A DNA stretch of 64,000 nt from Macrostomum lignano (taxonomy: Eukaryota), in assembly GCA_002269645.1 (NCBI GenBank), contig NIVC01000539.1, positions 124,001-188,000 on the forward strand, given 5' to 3'. The notes under the pieces are model-generated. The model saw only the letters and a list, made by a program, of their open reading frames with translations, was not told the DNA's origin and made no database searches. Made by a program: the position numbers and the translations under genes. Below, piece by piece: positions 51,601-64,000 of this stretch. Numbering within the stretch: the first letter of the stretch is position 1; the number at the start of each line of letters is the position of its first letter.

Positions 51601-54600
51601 CACCCACCGATCACACACATCACTCAGCTGTCCATGCAACTCCGATGCCTCTGACACCCACCGATCACACACATCACTCAGCTGTCCATGCATGCTCCGA
51701 TGCCTCTGACACCCACCGATCACACACATCACTCAGCTGTGACCTGTCCATGCAACTCCGATGCCTCTGACACCCACCGATCACACACATCACTCAGCTG
51801 TCCATGCAACTCCGATGCCTCTGACACCCACCGATCACACACATCACTCAGCTGTCCTGTCATGCAACTCCGATGCCTCTGACACCCACCGATCACACAC
51901 ATCACTCAGCTGTCCTGTCCATGCAACTCCGATGCCTCTGACACCCACCGATCACACACATCACTCAGCTGTCCTGCCATGCAACTCCGATGCCTCTGAC
52001 ACCCACCGATCACACACATCACTCAGCTGTCCATGCAACTCCGATGCCTCTGACACCCACCGATCACACACATCACTCAGCTGTCCATGCAGCTCCGATG
52101 CCTCTGACACCCACCGATCACACACATCACTCAGCTGTGACCTGTCCATGCAACTCCGATGCCTCTGACACCCACCGATCACACACATCACTCAGCTGTG
52201 ACCTGTCCATGCAACTCCGATGCCTCTGACACCCACCGATCACACACATCACTCAGCTGTGACCTGTCCATGCAACTCCGATGCCTCTGACACCCACCGA
52301 TCACACACATCACTCAGCTGTGACCTGTCCATGCAACTCCGATGCCTCTGACACCCACCGATCACACACATCACTCAGCTGTCCATGCATGCTCCGATGC
52401 CTCTGACACCCACCGATCACACACATCACTCAGCTGTCCATGCAGCTCCGATGCCTCTGACACCCACCGATCACACACATCACTCTGATCACACACATCA
52501 CTCAGCTGTCCATGCAGCTCCGATGCCTCTGACACCCACCGATCACACACATCACTCAGCTGTCCATGCAGCTCCGATGCCTCTGACACCCACCGATCAC
52601 ACACATCACTCAGCTGTGACCTGTCCATGCAACTCCGATGCCTCTGACACCCACCGATCACACACATCACTCAGCTGTCCATGCAGCTCCGATGCCTCTG
52701 ACACCCACCGATCACACACATCACTCAGCTGTCCTGTCATGCAACTCCGATGCCTCTGACACCCACCGATCACACACATCACTCAGCTGTGACCTGTCCA
52801 TGCAACTCCGATGCCTCTGACACCCACCGATCACACACATCACTCAGCTGTCCATGCAGCTCCGATGCCTCTGACACCCACCGATCACACACATCACTCA
52901 GCTGTGACCTGTCCATGCAACTCCGATGCCTCTGACACCCACCGATCACACACATCACTCAGCTGTGACCTGTCCATGCAACTCCGATGCCTCTGACACC
53001 CACCGATCACACACATCACTCAGCTGTCCATGCAGCTCCGATGCCTCTGACACCCACCGATCACACACATCACTCAGCTGTCCATGCAACTCCGATGCCT
53101 CTGACACCCACCGATCACACACATCACTCAGCTGTCCATGCACTCCGATGCCTCTGACACCCACCGATCACACACATCACTCAGCTGTCCATGCAACTCC
53201 GATGCCTCTGACACCCACCGATCACACACATCACTCAGCTGTGACCTGTCCATGCAACTCCGATGCCTCTGACACCCACCGATCACACACATCACTCAGC
53301 TGTGACCTGTCCATGCAACTCCGATGCCTCTGACACCCACCGATCACACACATCACTCAGCTGTGACCTGTCCATGCAACTCCGATGCCTCTGACACCCA
53401 CCGATCACACACATCACTCAGCTGTCCATGCAACTCCGATGCCTCTGACACCCACCGATCACACACATCACTCAGCTGTCCATGCAACTCCGATGCCTCT
53501 GACACCCACCGATCACACACATCACTCAGCTGTCCATGCAACTCCGATGCCTCTGACACCCACCGATCACACACATCACTCAGCTGTGACCTGTCCATGC
53601 AACTCCGATGCCTCTGACACCCACCGATCACACACATCACTCAGCTGTGACCATGCAACTCCGATGCCTCTGACACCCACCGATCACACACATCACTCAG
53701 CTGTGACCATGCAACTCCGATGCCTCTGACACCCACCGATCACACACATCACTCAGCTGTGACCTGTCCATGCAACTCCGATGCCTCTGACACCCACCGA
53801 TCACACACATCACTCAGCTGTCCATGCAGCTCCGATGCCTCTGACACCCACCGATCACACACATCACTCAGCTGTGACCTGTCCATGCAACTCCGATGCC
53901 TCTGACACCCACCGATCACACACATCACTCAGCTGTCCTGCATGCAACTCCGATGCCTCTGACACCCACCGATCACACACATCACTCAGCTGTCCATGCA
54001 ACTCCGATGCCTCTGACACCCACCGATCACACACATCACTCAGCTGTGACCTGTCCATGCAACTCCGATGCCTCTGACACCCACCGATCACACACATCAC
54101 TCAGCTGTCCATGCAGCTCCGATGCCTCTGACACCCACCGATCACACACATCACTCAGCTGTCCATGCAACTCCGATGCCTCTGACACCCACCGATCACA
54201 CACATCACTCAGCTGTCCATGCAGCTCCGATGCCTCTGACACCCACCGATCACACACATCACTCAGCTGTGACCTGCATGCTCCGATGCCTCTGACACCC
54301 ACCGATCACACACATCACTCAGCTGTCCATGCAACTCCGATGCCTCTGACACCCACCGATCACACACATCACTCAGCTGTCCATGCAACTCCGATGCCTC
54401 TGACACCCACCGATCACACACATCACTCAGCTGTGACCTGTCCATGCAACTCCGATGCCTCTGACACCCACCGATCACACACATCACTCAGCTGTGACCT
54501 GTCCATGCAACTCCGATGCCTCTGACACCCACCGATCACACACATCACTCAGCTGTGACCTGTCCATGCAACTCCGATGCCTCTGACACCCACCGATCAC

Positions 54601-57600
54601 ACACATCACTCAGCTGTGACCTGTCCATGCAACTCCGATGCCTCTGACACCCACCGATCACACACATCACTCAGCTGTGACCTGTCCATGCAACTCCGAT
54701 GCCTCTGACACCCACCGATCACACACATCACTCAGCTGTCCATGCATGCTCCGATGCCTCTGACACCCACCGATCACACACATCACTCAGCTGTGACCTG
54801 TCCATGCAACTCCGATGCCTCTGACACCCACCGATCACACACATCACTCAGCTGTGACCTGTCCATGCAACTCCGATGCCTCTGACACCCACCGATCACA
54901 CACATCACTCAGCTGTCCATGCAGCTCCGATGCCTCTGACACCCACCGATCACACACATCACTCAGCTGTCCATGCAGCTCCGATGCCTCTGACACCCAC
55001 CGATCACACACATCACTCAGCTGTGACCTGTCCATGCAACTCCGATGCCTCTGACACCCACCGATCACACACATCACTCAGCTGTCCATGCAGCTCCGAT
55101 GCCTCTGACACCCACCGATCACACACATCACTCAGCTGTCCATGCAGCTCCGATGCCTCTGACACCCACCGATCACACACATCACTCAGCTGTCCATGCA
55201 ACTCCGATGCCTCTGACACCCACCGATCACACACATCACTCAGCTGTCCATGCAGCTCCGATGCCTCTGACACCCACCGATCACACACATCACTCAGCTG
55301 TCCATGCAACTCCGATGCCTCTGACACCCACCGATCACACACATCACTCAGCTGTCCATGCAGCTCCGATGCCTCTGACACCCACCGATCACACACATCA
55401 CTCAGCTGTCCATGCAGCTCCGATGCCTCTGACACCCACCGATCACACACATCACTCAGCTGTGACCTGTCCATGCAACTCCGATGCCTCTGACACCCAC
55501 CGATCACACACATCACTCAGCTGTCCATGCAGCTCCGATGCCTCTGACACCCACCGATCACACACATCACTCAGCTGTCCATGCAACTCCGATGCCTCTG
55601 ACACCCACCGATCACACACATCACTCAGCTGTGACCTGTCCATGCACTCCGATGCCTCTGACACCCACCGATCACACACATCACTCAGCTGTCCATGCAT
55701 GCTCCGATGCCTCTGACACCCACCGATCACACACATCACTCAGCTGTCCATGCAGCTCCGATGCCTCTGACACCCACCGATCACACACATCACTCAGCTG
55801 TCCATGCAGCTCCGATGCCTCCGATGCCTCTGACACCCACCGATCACACACATCACTCAGCTGTCCATGCAACTCCGATGCCTCTGACACCCACCGATCA
55901 CACACATCACTCAGCTGTGACCTGTCCATGCAACTCCGATGCCTCTGACACCCACCGATCACACACATCACTCAGCTGTGACCTGTCCATGCAACTCCGA
56001 TGCCTCTGACACCCACCGATCACACACATCACTCAGCTGTGACCTGTCCATGCAACTCCGATGCCTCTGACACCCACCGATCACACACATCACTCAGCTG
56101 TCCATGCTCCGATGCCTCTGACACCCACCGATCACACACATCACTCAGCTGTGACCTGTCCATGCAACTCCGATGCCTCTGACACCCACCGATCACACAC
56201 ATCACTCAGCTGTCCATGCAGCTCCGATGCCTCTGACACCCACCGATCACACACATCACTCAGCTGTGACCTGTCCATGCAACTCCGATGCCTCTGACAC
56301 CCACCGATCACACACATCACTCAGCTGTCCATGCACTCCGATGCCTCTGACACCCACCGATCACACACATCACTCAGCTGTCCATGCAACTCCGATGCCT
56401 CTGACACCCACCGATCACACACATCACTCAGCTGTGACCTGTCCATGCAACTCCGATGCCTCTGACACCCACCGATCACACACATCACTCAGCTGTGACC
56501 TGTCCATGCAACTCCGATGCCTCTGACACCCACCGATCACACACATCACTCAGCTGTGACCTGTCCATGCAACTCCGATGCCTCTGACACCCACCGATCA
56601 CACACATCACTCAGCTGTGACCTGTCCATGCAACTCCGATGCCTCTGACACCCACCGATCACACACATCACTCAGCTGTCCATGCATGCAACTCCGATGC
56701 CTCTGACACCCACCGATCACACACATCACTCAGCTGTGACCTGTCCATGCAACTCCGATGCCTCTGACACCCACCGATCACACACATCACTCAGCTGTGA
56801 CCATGCAACTCCGATGCCTCTGACACCCACCGATCACACACATCACTCAGCTGTCCATGCATGCTCCGATGCCTCTGACACCCACCGATCACACACATCA
56901 CTCAGCTGTCCATGCACTCCGATGCCTCTGACACCCACCGATCACACACATCACTCAGCTGTCCATGCAACTCCGATGCCTCTGACACCCACCGATCACA
57001 CACATCACTCAGCTGTCCATGCAGCTCCGATGCCTCTGACACCCACCGATCACACACATCACTCAGCTGTCCATGCAACTCCGATGCCTCTGACACCCAC
57101 CGATCACACACATCACTCAGCTGTCCATGCAGCTCCGATGCCTCTGACACCCACCGATCACACACATCACTCAGCTGTCCATGCACTCCGATGCCTCTGA
57201 CACCCACCGATCACACACATCACTCAGCTGTGACCTGTCCATGCAACTCCGATGCCTCTGACACCCACCGATCACACACATCACTCAGCTGTCCATGCAA
57301 CTCCGATGCCTCTGACACCCACCGATCACACACATCACTCAGCTGTGACCTGTCCATGCAACTCCGATGCCTCTGACACCCACCGATCACACACATCACT
57401 CAGCTGTCCTGCATGCAACTCCGATGCCTCTGACACCCACCGATCACACACATCACTCAGCTGTCCATGCAACTCCGATGCCTCTGACACCCACCGATCA
57501 CACACATCACTCAGCTGTCCTGTCCATGCAACTCCGATGCCTCTGACACCCACCGATCACACACATCACTCAGCTGTGACCTGTCCATGCAACTCCGATG

Positions 57601-60600
57601 CCTCTGACACCCACCGATCACACACATCACTCAGCTGTGACCTGTCCATGCAACTCCGATGCCTCTGACACCCACCGATCACACACATCACTCAGCTGTG
57701 ACCTGTCCATGCAACTCCGATGCCTCTGACACCCACCGATCACACACATCACTCAGCTGTCCATGCTCCGATGCCTCTGACACCCACCGATCACACACAT
57801 CACTCAGCTGTCCATGCACTCCGATGCCTCTGACACCCACCGATCACACACATCACTCAGCTGTCCATGCACTCCGATGCCTCTGACACCCACCGATCAC
57901 ACACATCACTCAGCTGTCCATGCACTCCGATGCCTCTGACACCCACCGATCACACACATCACTCAGCTGTCCATGCAACTCCGATGCCTCTGACACCCAC
58001 CGATCACACACATCACTCAGCTGTGACCTGTCCATGCAACTCCGATGCCTCTGACACCCACCGATCACACACATCACTCAGCTGTCCATGCAACTCCGAT
58101 GCCTCTGACACCCACCGATCACACACATCACTCAGCTGTGACCTGTCCATGCAACTCCGATGCCTCTGACACCCACCGATCACACACATCACTCAGCTGT
58201 GACCTGTCCATGCAACTCCGATGCCTCTGACACCCACCGATCACACACATCACTCAGCTGTCCTGCATGCAACTCCGATGCCTCTGACACCCACCGATCA
58301 CACACATCACTCAGCTGTGACCTGTCCATGCAACTCCGATGCCTCTGACACCCACCGATCACACACATCACTCAGCTGTGACCTGTCCATGCAACTCCGA
58401 TGCCTCTGACACCCACCGATCACACACATCACTCAGCTGTCCATGCACTCCGATGCCTCTGACACCCACCGATCACACACATCACTCAGCTGTCCTGTCC
58501 ATGCAACTCCGATGCCTCTGACACCCACCGATCACACACATCACTCAGCTGTCCATGCAGCTCCGATGCCTCTGACACCCACCGATCACACACATCACTC
58601 AGCTGTCCATGCAACTCCGATGCCTCTGACACCCACCGATCACACACATCACTCAGCTGTGACCTGTCCATGCAACTCCGATGCCTCTGACACCCACCGA
58701 TCACACACATCACTCAGCTGTCCATGCAACTCCGATGCCTCTGACACCCACCGATCACACACATCACTCAGCTGTGACCTGTCCATGCAACTCCGATGCC
58801 TCTGACACCCACCGATCACACACATCACTCAGCTGTGACCTGTCCATGCAACTCCGATGCCTCTGACACCCACCGATCACACACATCACTCAGCTGTGAC
58901 CTGTCCATGCAACTCCGATGCCTCTGACACCCACCGATCACACACATCACTCAGCTGTGACCTGTCCATGCACTCCGATGCCTCTGACACCCACCGATCA
59001 CACACATCACTCAGCTGTCCATGCACTCCGATGCCTCTGACACCCACCGATCACACACATCACTCAGCTGTCCATGCAACTCCGATGCCTCTGACACCCA
59101 CCGATCACACACATCACTCAGCTGTCCATGCAGCTCCGATGCCTCTGACACCCACCGATCACACACATCACTCAGCTGTCCATGCACTCCGATGCCTCTG
59201 ACACCCACCGATCACACACATCACTCAGCTGTCCATGCAGCTCCGATGCCTCTGACACCCACCGATCACACACATCACTCAGCTGTGACCTGTCCATGCA
59301 ACTCCGATGCCTCTGACACCCACCGATCACACACATCACTCAGCTGTCCATGCAGCTCCGATGCCTCTGACACCCACCGATCACACACATCACTCAGCTG
59401 TGACCTGTCCATGCAACTCCGATGCCTCTGACACCCACCGATCACACACATCACTCAGCTGTGACCTGTCCATGCAACTCCGATGCCTCTGACACCCACC
59501 GATCACACACATCACTCAGCTGTCCATGCAACTCCGATGCCTCTGACACCCACCGATCACACACATCACTCAGCTGTGACCTGTCCATGCAACTCCGATG
59601 CCTCTGACACCCACCGATCACACACATCACTCAGCTGTGACCTGTCCATGCAACTCCGATGCCTCTGACACCCACCGATCACACACATCACTCAGCTGTC
59701 CATGCACTCCGATGCCTCTGACACCCACCGATCACACACATCACTCAGCTGTGACCTGTCCATGCAACTCCGATGCCTCTGACACCCACCGATCACACAC
59801 ATCACTCAGCTGTCCATGCAACTCCGATGCCTCTGACACCCACCGATCACACACATCACTCAGCTGTCCATGCAACTCCGATGCCTCTGACACCCACCGA
59901 TCACACACATCACTCAGCTGTGACCTGTCCATGCAACTCCGATGCCTCTGACACCCACCGATCACACACATCACTCAGCTGTGACCATGCAACTCCGATG
60001 CCTCTGACACCCACCGATCACACACATCACTCAGCTGTGACCTGTCCATGCAACTCCGATGCCTCTGACACCCACCGATCACACACATCACTCAGCTGTC
60101 CATGCAACTCCGATGCCTCTGACACCCACCGATCACACACATCACTCAGCTGTCCATGCAACTCCGATGCCTCTGACACCCACCGATCACACACATCACT
60201 CAGCTGTCCATGCACTCCGATGCCTCTGACACCCACCGATCACACACATCACTCAGCTGTGACCTGTCCATGCACTCCGATGCCTCTGACACCCACCGAT
60301 CACACACATCACTCAGCTGTGACCTGTCCATGCAACTCCGATGCCTCTGACACCCACCGATCACACACATCACTCAGCTGTCCTGTCCATGCAACTCCGA
60401 TGCCTCTGACACCCACCGATCACACACATCACTCAGCTGTGACCTGTCCATGCAACTCCGATGCCTCTGACACCCACCGATCACACACATCACTCAGCTG
60501 TCCATGCACTCCGATGCCTCTGACACCCACCGATCACACACATCACTCAGCTGTCCATGCAACTCCGATGCCTCTGACACCCACCGATCACACACATCAC

Positions 60601-63600
60601 TCAGCTGTCCATGCAGCTCCGATGCCTCTGACACCCACCGATCACACACATCACTCAGCTGTCCATGCAACTCCGATGCCTCTGACACCCACCGATCACA
60701 CACATCACTCAGCTGTCCATGCAGCTCCGATGCCTCTGACACCCACCGATCACACACATCACTCAGCTGTCCATGCAGCTCCGATGCCTCTGACACCCAC
60801 CGATCACACACATCACTCAGCTGTCCATGCAACTCCGATGCCTCTGACACCCACCGATCACACACATCACTCAGCTGTCCATGCAGCTCCGATGCCTCTG
60901 ACACCCACCGATCACACACATCACTCAGCTGTGACCTGTCCATGCAACTCCGATGCCTCTGACACCCACCGATCACACACATCACTCAGCTGTCCATGCA
61001 GCTCCGATGCCTCTGACACCCACCGATCACACACATCACTCAGCTGTGACCATGCAACTCCGATGCCTCTGACACCCACCGATCACACACATCACTCAGC
61101 TGTGACCTGTCATGCAACTCCGATGCCTCTGACACCCACCGATCACACACATCACTCAGCTGTGACCTGTCCATGCAACTCCGATGCCTCTGACACCCAC
61201 CGATCACACACATCACTCAGCTGTGACCTGTCCATGCAACTCCGATGCCTCTGACACCCACCGATCACACACATCACTCAGCTGTGACCTGTCCATGCAA
61301 CTCCGATGCCTCTGACACCCACCGATCACACACATCACTCAGCTGTGACCTGTCCATGCAACTCCGATGCCTCTGACACCCACCGATCACACACATCACT
61401 CAGCTGTCCTGTCCATGCAACTCCGATGCCTCTGACACCCACCGATCACACACATCACTCAGCTGTGACCTGTCCATGCAACTCCGATGCCTCTGACACC
61501 CACCGATCACACACATCACTCAGCTGTCCATGCAACTCCGATGCCTCTGACACCCACCGATCACACACATCACTCAGCTGTCCATGCAACTCCGATGCCT
61601 CTGACACCCACCGATCACACACATCACTCAGCTGTCCATGCAACTCCGATGCCTCTGACACCCACCGATCACACACATCACTCAGCTGTGACCTGTCCAT
61701 GCAACTCCGATGCCTCTGACACCCACCGATCACACACATCACTCAGCTGTCCATGCAGCTCCGATGCCTCTGACACCCACCGATCACACACATCACTCAG
61801 CTGTCCATGCATGCTCCGATGCCTCTGACACCCACCGATCACACACATCACTCAGCTGTCCATGCAACTCCGATGCCTCTGACACCCACCGATCACACAC
61901 ATCACTCAGCTGTCCATGCAGCTCCGATGCCTCTGACACCCACCGATCACACACATCACTCAGCTGTGACCTGTCCATGCAACTCCGATGCCTCTGACAC
62001 CCACCGATCACACACATCACTCAGCTGTCCATGCATGCTCCGATGCCTCTGACACCCACCGATCACACACATCACTCAGCTGTGACCTGTCCATGCAACT
62101 CCGATGCCTCTGACACCCACCGATCACACACATCACTCAGCTGTCCATGCAACTCCGATGCCTCTGACACCCACCGATCACACACATCACTCAGCTGTCC
62201 TGCATGCACTCCGATGCCTCTGACACCCACCGATCACACACATCACTCAGCTGTGACCATGCAACTCCGATGCCTCTGACACCCACCGATCACACACATC
62301 ACTCAGCTGTCCATGCACTCCGATGCCTCTGACACCCACCGATCACACACATCACTCAGCTGTCCATGCAACTCCGATGCCTCTGACACCCACCGATCAC
62401 ACACATCACTCAGCTGTGACCTGTCCATGCAACTCCGATGCCTCTGACACCCACCGATCACACACATCACTCAGCTGTGACCTGTCCATGCACTCCGATG
62501 CCTCTGACACCCACCGATCACACACATCACTCAGCTGTGACCTGTCCATGCAACTCCGATGCCTCTGACACCCACCGATCACACACATCACTCAGCTGTG
62601 ACCTGTCCATGCAACTCCGATGCCTCTGACACCCACCGATCACACACATCACTCAGCTGTCCATGCAACTCCGATGCCTCTGACACCCACCGATCACACA
62701 CATCACTCAGCTGTGACCTGTCCATGCAACTCCGATGCCTCTGACACCCACCGATCACACACATCACTCAGCTGTGACCTGTCCATGCAACTCCGATGCC
62801 TCTGACACCCACCGATCACACACATCACTCAGCTGTCCATGCACTCCGATGCCTCTGACACCCACCGATCACACACATCACTCAGCTGTGACCTGTCCAT
62901 GCAACTCCGATGCCTCTGACACCCACCGATCACACACATCACTCAGCTGTGACCTGCATGCTCCGATGCCTCTGACACCCACCGATCACACACATCACTC
63001 AGCTGTGACCTGTCCATGCAACTCCGATGCCTCTGACACCCACCGATCACACACATCACTCAGCTGTCCTGTCCATGCACTCCGATGCCTCTGACACCCA
63101 CCGATCACACACATCACTCAGCTGTCCTGTCCATGCAACTCCGATGCCTCTGACACCCACCGATCACACACATCACTCAGCTGTCCATGCAACTCCGATG
63201 CCTCTGACACCCACCGATCACACACATCACTCAGCTGTCCATGCATGCTCCGATGCCTCTGACACCCACCGATCACACACATCACTCAGCTGTCCATGCA
63301 ACTCCGATGCCTCTGACACCCACCGATCACACACATCACTCAGCTGTCCATGCATGCAACTCCGATGCCTCTGACACCCACCGATCACACACATCACTCA
63401 GCTGTCCATGCAACTCCGATGCCTCTGACACCCACCGATCACACACATCACTCAGCTGTCCATGCACTCCGATGCCTCTGACACCCACCGATCACACACA
63501 TCACTCAGCTGTCCTGCCATGCAACTCCGATGCCTCTGACACCCACCGATCACACACATCACTCAGCTGTGACCTGTCCATGCAACTCCGATGCCTCTGA

Positions 63601-64000
63601 CACCCACCGATCACACACATCACTCAGCTGTCCATGCACTCCGATGCCTCTGACACCCACCGATCACACACATCACTCAGCTGTCCTGTCCATGCAACTC
63701 CGATGCCTCTGACACCCACCGATCACACACATCACTCAGCTGTCCATGCAACTCCGATGCCTCTGACACCCACCGATCACACACATCACTCAGCTGTCCT
63801 GTCCATGCAACTCCGATGCCTCTGACACCCACCGATCACACACATCACTCAGCTGTCCATGCAACTCCGATGCCTCTGACACCCACCGATCACACACATC
63901 ACTCAGCTGTCCATGCCATGCAACTCCGATGCCTCTGACACCCACCGATCACACACATCACTCAGCTGTCCATGCAGCTCCGATGCCTCTGACACCCACC
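36674..64000 (+). repeat. Large satellite array, 54/61-bp monomers, over 27 kb (roughly 480 units), running off the window
   Basis: Monomer ctctgacacccaccgatcacacacatcactcagctgt[gacctgt]ccatgca(a/g)ctccgatgc. All ORFs called here are artefacts. Confidence 0.99.

Noticed and set aside
36656-64000. Hundreds of ORFs (MPLTPTDHTHH..., MMCVIGGCQR...) suggesting His/Cys-rich repeat proteins
   Set aside because: They are translations of the 54/61-bp satellite; frames switch with monomer length and there is no splice or codon evidence.
36674-64000. CRISPR-like appearance (constant core plus variable segment)
   Set aside because: The variable part is a few indel variants of one sequence, not unique spacers. 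No cas genes, and the context is eukaryotic.

Overview
Repeat-rich eukaryotic (animal) genomic DNA, not prokaryotic. GC3-rich exons with Ala/Gly runs separated by minisatellite-filled introns are consistent with a flatworm such as Macrostomum, but the taxon is only an inference. The one well-supported host gene is a + strand, multi-exon voltage-gated proton channel (Hv/HVCN1 family). Its core exons are 28820/28846-29116, 31960-32549, 33621-33744, 35424-35539 and 36095-36173, with consecutive splice phases all matching; there are probable upstream exons at 20836-21035 and 24293-24418. The channel is atypical. It keeps the S1 selectivity Asp, but S4 reads LFLLWRIVRVING (first gating Arg replaced by Leu, Hv3-like). 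The S1-S2 loop is about 160 aa and contains sequons, two Cys and an RLRR motif. Other content: an internally deleted, intron-containing THAP/P-superfamily transposon (4348-6040, ~95-bp TIRs, perfect 8-bp TSD); tiny relatives with the same CAAGGAC ends; hAT-type and Foldback/Mutator-type non-autonomous elements; a tRNA-derived SINE; about 20 distinct micro/minisatellites; and a 54/61-bp satellite filling 36.7-64 kb. Almost all ORFs in the supplied track are repeat artefacts.
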